From Deltaproteobacteria bacterium (GTDB lineage Bacteria; Myxococcota_A; UBA9160; UBA4427): a stretch of 35,135 bases of DNA. Shown in pieces: positions 1 through 8,737 of the stretch. Each line of letters opens with the position of its first letter. Position 1 is the stretch's first letter. The notes beneath the pieces were generated by a model that searched no databases, was not told the DNA's origin, and was given only the letters and a program-made list of their open reading frames with translations. Where the stretch lies: positions 1 through 35,135 of the forward strand of contig DRKE01000031.1 of NCBI GenBank assembly GCA_011051925.1. Direction: 5' to 3'. The translations under genes were made by a program, and so were the position numbers.

Positions 1-754
1 AAATCAACCGGTCACACTCGCCGACGAGCGTCGCGTGTTCTGCCTTCAATCCCTCGACCTGACGCCACAATCGCGGCGCTTCGGAGACGATCTCGGAGAG
101 CAGGCCCGTGGGCGCCTCGGTCTCGGCAACGTGTTCGTCGGTCGCGCGTGCGAGCCTCGTGAGCGCGCGATGGAGTCGCTTCCGCCAACGCTCGCGATTC
201 GCGATGGGCGCCCCGATGGCCCGTCGGACCGCGTGGAGGGAATCGTAGAGACGCTCCTTGGCTTCGAGGGCCAGCGCCAGACCAGGGAGTTCGCTGGCGA
301 TGTCGGCGACCGCCGCCGATGCGAGCAGGCCCCGGAATTCGTCCCCCTCCATTCGAACGAGGGTCTCGTGGTCACCGGCTTCGAAGAAGACTTCGCTGCG
401 ATTCTCGAGGCTCGAGTCGAGGACGGTCGGAAGTCCGTAGGCCGCTCCGAGGGGGGGGACGGCACCGAGCGCGCAGTCGGGAAAGAGCCGGACCATTTCG
501 TATTCATTCGCCAGATGGAGGGGCCTTCCGAGCTTGTCTCGGATCCGGCCGACTTCGAGTCGGCGTGAAGCGGGCAACACCGCGAGGACGTAGCCGCGAT
601 CGTCTTCGAGAACGACCGACTTGGCGAGACAATCCTCGTCGACGCAGGCGCATCGTGCCGTGTCGAGGCTCGTCATCGAAGGGGCGTGGGACTCGATCGT
701 GTAGTGGGCCCCGCGCTCCGAAAGAAAACTCTCGAGGGTCTGGGAAAGTGGCAT
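1..754 (-). CDS. YbaK/EbsC/ProX-like aminoacyl-tRNA deacylase domain protein with extra helical C-terminal region; partial, 3' end runs off the left edge
   Basis: Not in the ORF track because there is no stop in the window. My translation of the minus strand from ATG at 754 gives MPLSQTLESFLSERGAHYTIESHAPSMTSLDTARCACVDEDCLAKSVVLEDDRGYVLAVLPASRRLEVGRIRDKLGRPLHLANEYEMVRLFPDCALGAVPPLGAAYGLPTVLDSSLENRSEVFFEAGDHETLVRMEGDEF, continuing ...ERWRKRLHRALTRLARATDEHVAETEAPTGLLSEIV... and open to base 1. It is colinear with the paralog at 825..1313. Confidence 0.7.
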   Translation of the reverse strand, partial: MPLSQTLESFLSERGAHYTIESHAPSMTSLDTARCACVDEDCLAKSVVLEDDRGYVLAVLPASRRLEVGRIRDKLGRPLHLANEYEMVRLFPDCALGAVPPLGAAYGLPTVLDSSLENRSEVFFEAGDHETLVRMEGDEFRGLLASAAVADIASELPGLALALEAKERLYDSLHAVRRAIGAPIANRERWRKRLHRALTRLARATDEHVAETEAPTGLLSEIVSEAPRLWRQVEGLKAEHATLVGECDRLI

Positions 755-824
755 GGCGTTGACCTCCTCGTCGAGTCGACGCCGCCACCGGATTCCGCCG
801 GTCATCGGCGTCTCGGGCGTATCC

Positions 825-1313
825 TCAATGTTCGGGGCGGGCCCGGAGAGGCTGGCTGAAGCGCCCATGGAGCGAATCCGAAAGCAGCTCCAGGAAGTCC
901 TCTCCACGCACGTGGATGACGTCGTCGTGGTCTCCCGCTTCGAAGTACACGTCACTCAATCCCACGAGCGATTCGTCGTAGACCGTGGGAATCCGGTAGG
1001 GCGAAGCCAGGGCGGGGACCGCACCGGCTTCGCAGTCGCGGAAGAGGTCGTCGATCTCGGCCTCCGTGGCGAGCTCCAGCTGGCGGTGGAGCTGGGCACC
1101 CAGCCTGCCCACGTCGACCCGTCGGGCCGCGGGCACGATCGCCATCACGTATCCGTATTCGTCCTCGAAGAGAACGGGCTTGGCCAGGCAGTGAAGCGGG
1201 ATCCGGGAGCGTCGTGCGGTCTGGGCGCTATAGGCGGAACGCGGGTGCGGCAGGACCTCGTAGTCGACACCCGTTGCCTGGAGGTAACGCTCGAGTTTCT
1301 TCGCGATCGCCAT
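825..1313 (-). CDS. YbaK/EbsC/ProX-like aminoacyl-tRNA deacylase domain protein (162 aa)
   Basis: Internal ATG at 1313 of the 825..1556 ORF gives MAIAKKLERYLQATGVDYEVLPHPRSAYSAQTARRSRIPLHCLAKPVLFEDEYGYVMAIVP...CEAGAVPALASPYRIPTVYDESL...YFEAGDHDDVIHV. It has the conserved Lys context (LAKPV) and the GAVP loop typical of the YbaK fold. The upstream part of the ORF is Arg/Pro-rich and unlikely to be coding. Confidence 0.8.
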   Translation of the reverse strand: MAIAKKLERYLQATGVDYEVLPHPRSAYSAQTARRSRIPLHCLAKPVLFEDEYGYVMAIVPAARRVDVGRLGAQLHRQLELATEAEIDDLFRDCEAGAVPALASPYRIPTVYDESLVGLSDVYFEAGDHDDVIHVRGEDFLELLSDSLHGRFSQPLRARPEH

Positions 1314-1521
1314 CCTCTCGTCTCCCGAGCCGGCGCTCCATTTCAACGTAGAGCGACGCGGGGCATTGTCAATCGGAATCGATCGACGATCGGCCTGGGT
1401 GGGGCCGTGAAGTACGTGAGGGGGCGCGCCCTCAGGGCTCCGGGGGATTTTCGTCTGGGGAACCCCCGATCCGGTGTCGATCGATCCGTCGATCCCCAAG
1501 GCGCGTTCGTGCGCGAGCGTT

Positions 1522-2238
1522 TCAATCTGCGAGGTGGGACATCTCGTCGAGCGCATCGGCGAGTTCGTCGGGCATGGAAAGAAAGGGAGAATGATCGCTC
1601 GCGAGGCTGATGATCCTGTCGAAGGAGAGTCGCTCGGTCATTCGCCTCTGGAGGCCGATCGAGACCGCGCGGTCTTCCGTGCACTCGATGTATCCCCGTG
1701 GCAAGGCTGGAAATCCGCCAGCGGGCGTCCGCTGCAGCAAGGGGATCACGGGGTCGGGGCGCAGACGTGCCGTCGCCCAGGCGACGTCTTCGTCGGCGCA
1801 TTGGCCGTAGAAGGTCGCCCCGGTCTGGTCGTCCGGATAGCGGACGCCGCCCGGGCGGAAGACCGCGTTGGCGGGGATCATCGATCCGGCGTCCCCGGTC
1901 GCCAACCGGACGACCGAGTCACCGGGAAAGGGCGCGAAGGCGCAAAGATAGACGAGTGCAGCGAAGGACTCCGGCGTCTCCCGGGCGGCCCGCGTGATCA
2001 CCATGCCCCCCATGCTATGTCCGACCAGGATCGGCTTGTCCGGGCACTCGCGCGCGGCCTCCCGCACCCGCTTCGCGTAGCCACCCAGCGTGACGAACCA
2101 GGGAGAGGAACGGTCCCGACCGTGTGCGGGCAGGTCGAGCGCCGCGACGTCGTGGCCCCGTTCGCGAAGCCGGGGCACGAGCCTTTCCCAGCACCAGGCG
2201 CCATGCCATGAACCGTGAACCAGCAGATACGAGGACAT
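1522..2238 (-). CDS. alpha/beta-fold hydrolase (esterase, SABP2/methylesterase-like), 238 aa
   Basis: This is the C-terminal 238 aa of the 734-aa track ORF, starting at ATG 2238: MSSYLLVHGSWHGAWCWERL...ILVGHSMGGMV (GxSxG nucleophile elbow)...SDHSPFLSMPDELA (catalytic His context). The rest of the long ORF is antisense to pilT. Confidence 0.85.
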   Translation of the reverse strand: MSSYLLVHGSWHGAWCWERLVPRLRERGHDVAALDLPAHGRDRSSPWFVTLGGYAKRVREAARECPDKPILVGHSMGGMVITRAARETPESFAALVYLCAFAPFPGDSVVRLATGDAGSMIPANAVFRPGGVRYPDDQTGATFYGQCADEDVAWATARLRPDPVIPLLQRTPAGGFPALPRGYIECTEDRAVSIGLQRRMTERLSFDRIISLASDHSPFLSMPDELADALDEMSHLAD

Positions 2239-2589
2239 GGTGCGGGCTCCCCCGGGATTCCATCCGCCCGCCAGGGCTCCGATCCCCTGCACGTACGGGG
2301 CGGATGGCTCGCGCCACGATAGTCCAGGGGATCGGCCCGATCCCCTTGGGTCGGGCGAGCGCTCGGGGGGCAGCTCCGACCGGGCGGTTTTCCGCTGGGG
2401 ATCCGGCCGGGTCCGCCCGGAGCTGCCGATGGCGTCCGGTGCCCGGACTCGGGCCCGGCCGCTCCCGGCTGTCCGCCGCGAGGTCTCCGATCCCCTCAAG
2501 GAAGCGCTCGAAACGGTCGAAACAGGAGGACGTACGAGAGCGGTCCGGGTCCAATTTCCCGAGCAGGGTCGGGGCTTTCGAGGGGCAGC

Positions 2590-3780
2590 ATGGAACTCAA
2601 CGAAATCTTGAAAGTCGCGATCAAGGGGGGGGCTTCCGACATCCATCTGAAGTCGGGGCTGCCTCCGATGTTTCGCGTCGATGGCGCACTGGTTCCCCTC
2701 AAGAACGGCGAGCGGATCCTGCCCGATGAACTCCAGAAGATCGCCTTCTCGATCATGAACCCCCTGCAGAAGGCGCGATTCGACGAGAACCGGGAGGCCG
2801 ATCTGGCCTATGGCATCCCCGGCCTCGGACGTTTCCGCGTGAACGTCTTCCAACAGCGCGGCACCGTCGGCATCGTCTTCCGCGTCATTCCCTTCGGCGT
2901 GAAGACGATCGAGCAGCTCTATCTTCCGAAGATCATCGAGAAGATCGCGCAGGAGCAACGTGGCCTGGTCCTCGTGACAGGCACGACGGGTTCGGGCAAG
3001 TCGACCACCCTCGCCGCGATGATCGAGCACATCAACTCCGAGCGGACCAGCCATATCATGACGATCGAGGATCCGATCGAATTCCTGGTTCGCGACCGCC
3101 GCTCGATCGTGAATCAGCGCGAGATCGGCGTGGATACCCATACCTTTTCGGCCGCGCTGCGTGCCGCCCTGCGCCAGGATCCCGACGTGATTCTCGTCGG
3201 CGAGATGCGTGATTTCGAGACGATCGAGACGGCCATGACGGCGGCCGAGACGGGCCACCTCGTCATGAGCACCCTGCATACCCTCGACGCCACGGAGACG
3301 ATCAACCGGATCATTTCGGTCTTCCCGCCCTACCAGCAGAAGCAGGTGCGTCTGCAGCTCTCGACGATCCTGAAGGCCGTCATCAGCCAGCGACTGGTTC
3401 CCCGCGCCGATGGCAAGGGGCGCGTCCCGGCCCTCGAGGTGCTGGTCTCGACGGCGTTCACCCGGGAATTGATCGCGGACAAGGATCGGACCAAGGAACT
3501 GCCCGAGGCGATCGCCAAGGGCCATACGACCTACGGCATGCAGACCTTCGACCAGTCGTTGATGGGACACGTGAAATCCGGGCTCATCTCCTACGAGGAG
3601 GCGCTCAAGCACGTCTCCAATCCCGACGACTTCGCGCTCCGTTTCCGCGGAATCGAGTCGACTTCGGATTCGGAATGGACCGGCTTCGCGGGCGAGGGCG
3701 AAGATTCGCAGAAGAAGCCCGCGCATGATGGTGTCGACGGTCTGGCGGACGACGACGACTTCAACATCGATCGCTTCTAG
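2590..3780 (+). CDS. pilT: type IV pilus retraction ATPase, PilT/PilU family
   Basis: Walker A GTTGSGKST; Asp box/Walker B DVILVGEMRD; His box TGHLVMSTLHT; N-terminal GASDIHLKSGLPPMFRVDG. The C-terminal part (GMQTFDQSLMGHVKSGLISYEEALKHVSNPDDF) looks more PilU-like, and the PilT AIRNLIRE motif is replaced by AFTRELIAD. There is an acidic C-terminal tail. Confidence 0.9.
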   Translation: MELNEILKVAIKGGASDIHLKSGLPPMFRVDGALVPLKNGERILPDELQKIAFSIMNPLQKARFDENREADLAYGIPGLGRFRVNVFQQRGTVGIVFRVIPFGVKTIEQLYLPKIIEKIAQEQRGLVLVTGTTGSGKSTTLAAMIEHINSERTSHIMTIEDPIEFLVRDRRSIVNQREIGVDTHTFSAALRAALRQDPDVILVGEMRDFETIETAMTAAETGHLVMSTLHTLDATETINRIISVFPPYQQKQVRLQLSTILKAVISQRLVPRADGKGRVPALEVLVSTAFTRELIADKDRTKELPEAIAKGHTTYGMQTFDQSLMGHVKSGLISYEEALKHVSNPDDFALRFRGIESTSDSEWTGFAGEGEDSQKKPAHDGVDGLADDDDFNIDRF

Positions 3781-3938
3781 CCGGATCGCACCCGCCGACG
3801 CCCACCCGAGATTCCTCGCCGGGGACCGCTATATTCCCGCCCGCGATGGGAGCCGACCCCGGGAGGGTTCCGGGGCGGGCTCCCGTGATTCCCGTTCCAC
3901 GATCGGCCGTACGGGACCCGATCGAGAGGTGCCCCATT

Positions 3939-6581
3939 ATGTCGCTCCCGTCCCGGGAGATCCGAGAAATCTTCCTCCGCTTCTTCGAGGAACGGGGGCA
4001 TCGTCGGGTGCCCAGCGCGTCGCTCGTGCCCGAGTCGGATCCCACATTGATGTTCGTGAACTCCGGGATGGTGCCCTTCAAGCGGACCTTCCTCGGCGAG
4101 GAGACGCGCGACTACGTCCGAGCCACCAGCTCCCAGAAATGCATGCGCGTGTCGGGCAAGCACAACGATCTCGAGAACGTGGGACGGACCACCCGACATC
4201 ACACCTTCTTCGAGATGCTCGGCAACTTTTCGTTCGGCGACTACTTCAAGGAGCAGGCGATCGAACTCGCATGGACCCTCCTGACCGGGGATCTCGGCTT
4301 CAGTCCCGAGGATCTCGTCGTTTCGGTCTTCCGCGAGGACGACGAGGCCTGGCAGATCTGGCACGAGAAGATCGGGATTCCCGAGTCGAAACTCTTCCGA
4401 CTGGACGAGGACGAGAATTTCTGGTCGATGGGGGAGACCGGGCCGTGCGGTCCTTGTTCCGAGATCCACTTCGATTGGGGCGCTTTGCCTGGATACCCGG
4501 ATGACGATCCTTCGAGCGAGACGGGTCGCTTCATGGAGATCTGGAATCTCGTCTTCATGCAGTTCAATCGGGATGCCTCCGGGAAGATGACACCGCTGCC
4601 CAGACCTTCGATCGACACGGGGATGGGGCTCGAACGGCTCGCGGCGGTCCTGCAGGGCGTCCGATCGACGTGGGAATCGGATGTCTTCACGCCCCTGATC
4701 GAACGGGCCGCGGAGCTTTCCGGCGTGACGCCCGGGGAGAGTGCCGAGATCGACGTCTCGCTCCGGGTCGCTGCGGACCATGCCCGTGCGCTGGCCTTCC
4801 TGATCGGAGATGGCGTCCTGCCGAGCAATGCCGGCCGGGGTTATGTCCTGCGGCGGATCCTGCGTCGTGCTTCGCGGCACGGGAAATTGCTGGGGCAGGA
4901 TACGCCTTTCATCCACTCGGTGGCCGACGCGGTGATCGATCAGATGGGCGAGGCCTTCCCGGAACTCCGCGAACGACGCGCTTACATCACCGATCGGATC
5001 CGGCGGGAAGAGGAACGCTTTCTCGAGACCCTCACGAAGGGACTCGCCCTGCTCGAGGCCGAGATCGAAGAGCTGAAGGCGACGGGGATTCGGGAACTTC
5101 CGGGGGAGACCGTCTTCAAGCTCTACGACACCTTCGGCTTTCCGATCGATCTGACCGCGGACATCCTGCTGAGCCACGAGATGTCCCTCGATCAGACGGG
5201 ATTCGATCGGGCGATGGCCGGTCAGAAGGCGAGGGCGCGTGCGGCCTGGAAGGGCAGCGGGGATACGGCGATCCAGGAGGTCTACGGCCGGATCGCCTCG
5301 GATGTCCAGACGACCTTTCGCGGCTACGAGTCCCTCGATCTCGAAGCGCCGATCGCGGCGATCCTGTCCGGCGGGAAGATCGTGTCGGAAGCGGAAGCGG
5401 GCGACGAGATCGAGTTGGTTTTCGAGGAAACCCCCTTCTACGCGGAAAGCGGGGGACAGGTCGGGGATCGGGGCCGGATCGAGACCCGCTCCGGCGAGGT
5501 CGAGATCCGTGACGTCGTGAAGCCGGTCGAGGGGCTCTTCGTCCATCGGGGGCGCGTCGTTTCCGGAGCGATCCGCGTCGACGATGAGGCGCGTCTGCGC
5601 GTCGATGTCGAAGCCCGGATGGCCACCGTCCGGAACCATACCGGGACGCACCTGCTGCATGCCGCGCTGAGGGGGGTCCTGGGTGAGCAGGCCATGCAGA
5701 AAGGATCGCTCGTCGGACCGGACCGCTTGCGCTTCGACTTCACGCACGACGCTCCGCTCACGCTGGAGGAACTCGACGCCATCGAGGACCGGGTCAATCG
5801 CTGGATCGAGGAGAACCAGCCGGGATCGACCCGGGAAATGGACTACAAGTCGGCCGTCCAGGCCGGGGCGATCGCGATCTTCGACGAAAAATACGGTGAC
5901 CGGGTTCGCGTCGTTTCGTTCGGTGACTGCAGTACGGAGCTTTGTGGCGGCACGCATGCCCGGGCGACCGGAGACCTCGGGCTGCTGAAGATCGTGTCGG
6001 AGTCGGGGATCGCGGCGGGCGTACGGAGGATCGAAGCGCTGACGGGGCTCCAGGCGCTGCGCCATCTCCGTGAACAGGAACGTCTCGCGCAGGAGGCAGC
6101 GCAGCAGTTGAAGGTGCCCCTGCCGGAGCTGCCGGCGCGGGTCGGACGACTTCTCGAAGAACGCAAACAGGCCCTCCACCAGATCGACGAGCTGCGTGCG
6201 CGTCGGCAGGGCCCGGGGAGTGGGGATCTTCTCGCGAAGGCGCGCGAACTCGCGGGCCTTCCCGGGGCGAAGGCCCTGGCGGCCCGCGTCGAAGACGTCG
6301 ACGCCAAGGCGATGCGATCGTTGGTCGATGATCTGCGCAACCGCCTCGGGACGGGCGTCGTGTGCCTGGCCGCGGCCAATGGGGAGAAGGCGCTGTTGGC
6401 GATCGGGGTGACGAAGGACCTGACGTCGAAGCTCTCCGCGGGCGACCTCATCCGGGAAGTCGCCCGGGTCGTCGGTGGCGGAGGCGGCGGGCGGCCCGAT
6501 TTCGCCCAGGCCGGCGGAAGGGAACCGGATCGGATCGACGAAGCCCTCGAGAAGTTCGACGAATTGGTGGGAGACGGATGA
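3939..6581 (+). CDS. alaS: alanine--tRNA ligase
   Basis: Start chosen at ATG 3939 (MSLPSREIREIFLRFFEERGHRRVPSASLVP, a canonical AlaRS N-terminus). Also has FTNSGM-like MFVNSGMVPFK, the editing-domain HTGTHLLHAAL and CGGTHA motifs, and C-terminal DHHA1-like GGGGGRPDFAQAGG. Confidence 0.95.
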   Translation: MSLPSREIREIFLRFFEERGHRRVPSASLVPESDPTLMFVNSGMVPFKRTFLGEETRDYVRATSSQKCMRVSGKHNDLENVGRTTRHHTFFEMLGNFSFGDYFKEQAIELAWTLLTGDLGFSPEDLVVSVFREDDEAWQIWHEKIGIPESKLFRLDEDENFWSMGETGPCGPCSEIHFDWGALPGYPDDDPSSETGRFMEIWNLVFMQFNRDASGKMTPLPRPSIDTGMGLERLAAVLQGVRSTWESDVFTPLIERAAELSGVTPGESAEIDVSLRVAADHARALAFLIGDGVLPSNAGRGYVLRRILRRASRHGKLLGQDTPFIHSVADAVIDQMGEAFPELRERRAYITDRIRREEERFLETLTKGLALLEAEIEELKATGIRELPGETVFKLYDTFGFPIDLTADILLSHEMSLDQTGFDRAMAGQKARARAAWKGSGDTAIQEVYGRIASDVQTTFRGYESLDLEAPIAAILSGGKIVSEAEAGDEIELVFEETPFYAESGGQVGDRGRIETRSGEVEIRDVVKPVEGLFVHRGRVVSGAIRVDDEARLRVDVEARMATVRNHTGTHLLHAALRGVLGEQAMQKGSLVGPDRLRFDFTHDAPLTLEELDAIEDRVNRWIEENQPGSTREMDYKSAVQAGAIAIFDEKYGDRVRVVSFGDCSTELCGGTHARATGDLGLLKIVSESGIAAGVRRIEALTGLQALRHLREQERLAQEAAQQLKVPLPELPARVGRLLEERKQALHQIDELRARRQGPGSGDLLAKARELAGLPGAKALAARVEDVDAKAMRSLVDDLRNRLGTGVVCLAAANGEKALLAIGVTKDLTSKLSAGDLIREVARVVGGGGGGRPDFAQAGGREPDRIDEALEKFDELVGDG

Positions 6582-8716
6582 CGTCCGATTCGGGAGACCC
6601 TTTGCGACCCGCGCGACGCCGGACCCGCGTCGTTCGCGTCGGTGGCATCGAGATCGGAGGGGATCATCCGATCCGGATCCAGTCGATGACGAACACGGAC
6701 ACCATGGACACCCGCGCGACCGTCCGTCAGATCATCGCGCTGGCAGAGGCCGGCTGCGAGATCGTCCGCGTGACGGCCCCTTCGATCCGGGAGGCGGAGA
6801 ATCTTCGCGAGATCCGGCGTCGACTCCAGGAGAGCGAGATCGACATTCCGCTCGTCGCCGACATCCATTTCACGCCGAACGCGGCGATGATCGCCGCGGA
6901 GATCGTCGAGAAGGTCCGGATCAATCCCGGGAACTACGCGGACAAGAAGAAATTCGAGGTTCGCGAGTACGATGATGTGCAATACGCGGCCGAAGTCGAA
7001 CGAGTGGCGGAGCGGTTCCGGCCCCTCGTCCTGCGTTGCAAGGCGCGGGGCGTCGCGATGCGGATCGGGACCAATCATGGTTCGCTCTCGGATCGGATCA
7101 TGAACCGCTTCGGTGATACGGCGCTGGGAATGGTGGAGAGCGCCCTCGAGTTTCTCGACGTTTGCGAGGCGGAAGGCTATCGGGATGTCATCTTTTCGAT
7201 GAAGGCTTCGAATACCCAGGTCGCGATTGCCGCCTACCGACTCCTGGCGGAGCGTCTCGAAGAACGGGCGCCGGGCGTTCCCTCCTATCCCTTCCACGTC
7301 GGTGTGACCGAAGCGGGTGGCGCCGAGGACGGGCGGATCAAGAGTGCGATCGGAATCGGCTCGCTCCTCGAAGACGGTCTCGGTGACACGATCCGTGTTT
7401 CACTGACCGAGGATCCGGTTCGCGAAGTGCCGGTCGCGAGGGCGATCGCCGAACGAGCGGGTCGCCTGCACGAGGTCGATTCGAAGGAAACGGAGGACGA
7501 AGGCGCGAGGAAAGGCCCCCCGCGCCGATCGGACAGGCCGCGCGGGATCGCGTCGGATCGGGTGGACGAGCGATTCGCGCCTCGTCGTCGGACGACGGAT
7601 CGTCTTCGATGGGGCGGACTCGAGGTCGGGGACGGCGCTCCGGTTCGTGTGGAACTCGAGGTCGGGGACGTGTTGTCGCGCCCCGCCGAGTCGGCCGCGG
7701 GTCTGGCCGTCGAATTGTCCGGACTGAAGGACGTTGCGTGCGAGTCCTTGCTCGTTTCGCTCGGGGATGTCGGGGATCCGGGGCGCTGGGGCGAATTCGC
7801 GCACGAACTCGCGTCCCTCGGCGTCGAGCTTCCGATCTCGCTCCGGGTCGGTCCGGGCGCGGCGGATCTGCCGGACGCGATTCCCGCGGCAGGCGGACTT
7901 TCGGTCGGACGGATCGTGACCACGATCGATGCGACGACGAGGGCATCCGAGATTCTTCGTCTGGCCGAACTCGCCGGGAAATCCCGGGCCGGGATGGAAT
8001 GGGAGCTGGCCTGTGCGGGTCATGAGATGCCCCTCCTGGTCGAACGTGTCCTGGCGAATCGGAGCGGGGAGACGCCACCCGCGATGAGCGTTCCCGCGAC
8101 CGCGTCGCTTCATGCGGTGCGGGCCCTGGTCGTTGCGCTCTCCGAAGCGGGGGCGGCGAGAACGCCAATCGTGTTGAGACAACGTGTGGCGGCCGCCCCG
8201 TCTGCCGGCGGCGCCGTCGGAGACGGGACGACGATCCCCGAGGCCGCGTTGATCGATGCCTCGGTGCGACTCGGTAGTCTGCTCTGCGACGGGATCGGGG
8301 ATGCGGTTTCGATGGTTTCGACGATCGGCGCGGCGCCCGCCGTCGATCTGGCCTACCGCATCCTGCAGGGCGCCCGACAGAGAACGACGCGGACCGAGTA
8401 CATCTCGTGTCCGTCCTGCGGCCGGACGCTCTTCGATCTCGAAGAGACGACCGCGAGGATCCAGACGAAGACCCGGCATCTCGACGGCGTCAAGATCGCG
8501 GTCATGGGGTGCATCGTGAACGGACCCGGCGAGATGGCGGATGCCGACTTCGGTTACGTGGGGTCGGGTCCCGGGCAGGTCACCCTCTATGTCGGCCGGG
8601 AGGTCGTCGCCCGAGGCGTGCCCGAGGCAGAAGCGACGGATCGTCTCGTCGAGCTGATTCGGGACCACGGACGCTGGATCGAGCCGGAAGGCCGGGAGAT
8701 CGATTCCGACGCCTGA
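6578..8716 (+). CDS. ispG: 4-hydroxy-3-methylbut-2-en-1-yl diphosphate synthase, long three-domain form
   Basis: ATG 6578 overlaps the alaS stop (ATGA). The TIM-barrel A domain has IRIQSMTNTDT, VRVTAP, ADIHF, RINPGN, GTNHGSL and GDTIRVSLTEDP. The C-terminal 4Fe-4S domain has YISCPSCGRT...VMGCIVNGPGEMADADFGYVG. About 300 extra residues lie between the A and B domains. Confidence 0.95.
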   Translation: MTSDSGDPLRPARRRTRVVRVGGIEIGGDHPIRIQSMTNTDTMDTRATVRQIIALAEAGCEIVRVTAPSIREAENLREIRRRLQESEIDIPLVADIHFTPNAAMIAAEIVEKVRINPGNYADKKKFEVREYDDVQYAAEVERVAERFRPLVLRCKARGVAMRIGTNHGSLSDRIMNRFGDTALGMVESALEFLDVCEAEGYRDVIFSMKASNTQVAIAAYRLLAERLEERAPGVPSYPFHVGVTEAGGAEDGRIKSAIGIGSLLEDGLGDTIRVSLTEDPVREVPVARAIAERAGRLHEVDSKETEDEGARKGPPRRSDRPRGIASDRVDERFAPRRRTTDRLRWGGLEVGDGAPVRVELEVGDVLSRPAESAAGLAVELSGLKDVACESLLVSLGDVGDPGRWGEFAHELASLGVELPISLRVGPGAADLPDAIPAAGGLSVGRIVTTIDATTRASEILRLAELAGKSRAGMEWELACAGHEMPLLVERVLANRSGETPPAMSVPATASLHAVRALVVALSEAGAARTPIVLRQRVAAAPSAGGAVGDGTTIPEAALIDASVRLGSLLCDGIGDAVSMVSTIGAAPAVDLAYRILQGARQRTTRTEYISCPSCGRTLFDLEETTARIQTKTRHLDGVKIAVMGCIVNGPGEMADADFGYVGSGPGQVTLYVGREVVARGVPEAEATDRLVELIRDHGRWIEPEGREIDSDA

Positions 8717-8737
8717 TGGCTTTCGTCTCTTCCGCGG

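Noticed and set aside
35-1610. Plus-strand ORFs 35..568, 319..762 and 753..1610
   Set aside because: They are antisense to the two YbaK-like genes. The minus-strand translations have clear family motifs and the plus-strand ones do not.
2239-3726. N-terminal ~500 aa of the 734-aa ORF 1522..3726
   Set aside because: Only the last 238 aa, from ATG 2238, look like a protein (an alpha/beta hydrolase). The rest is antisense to pilT or covers the intergenic region.
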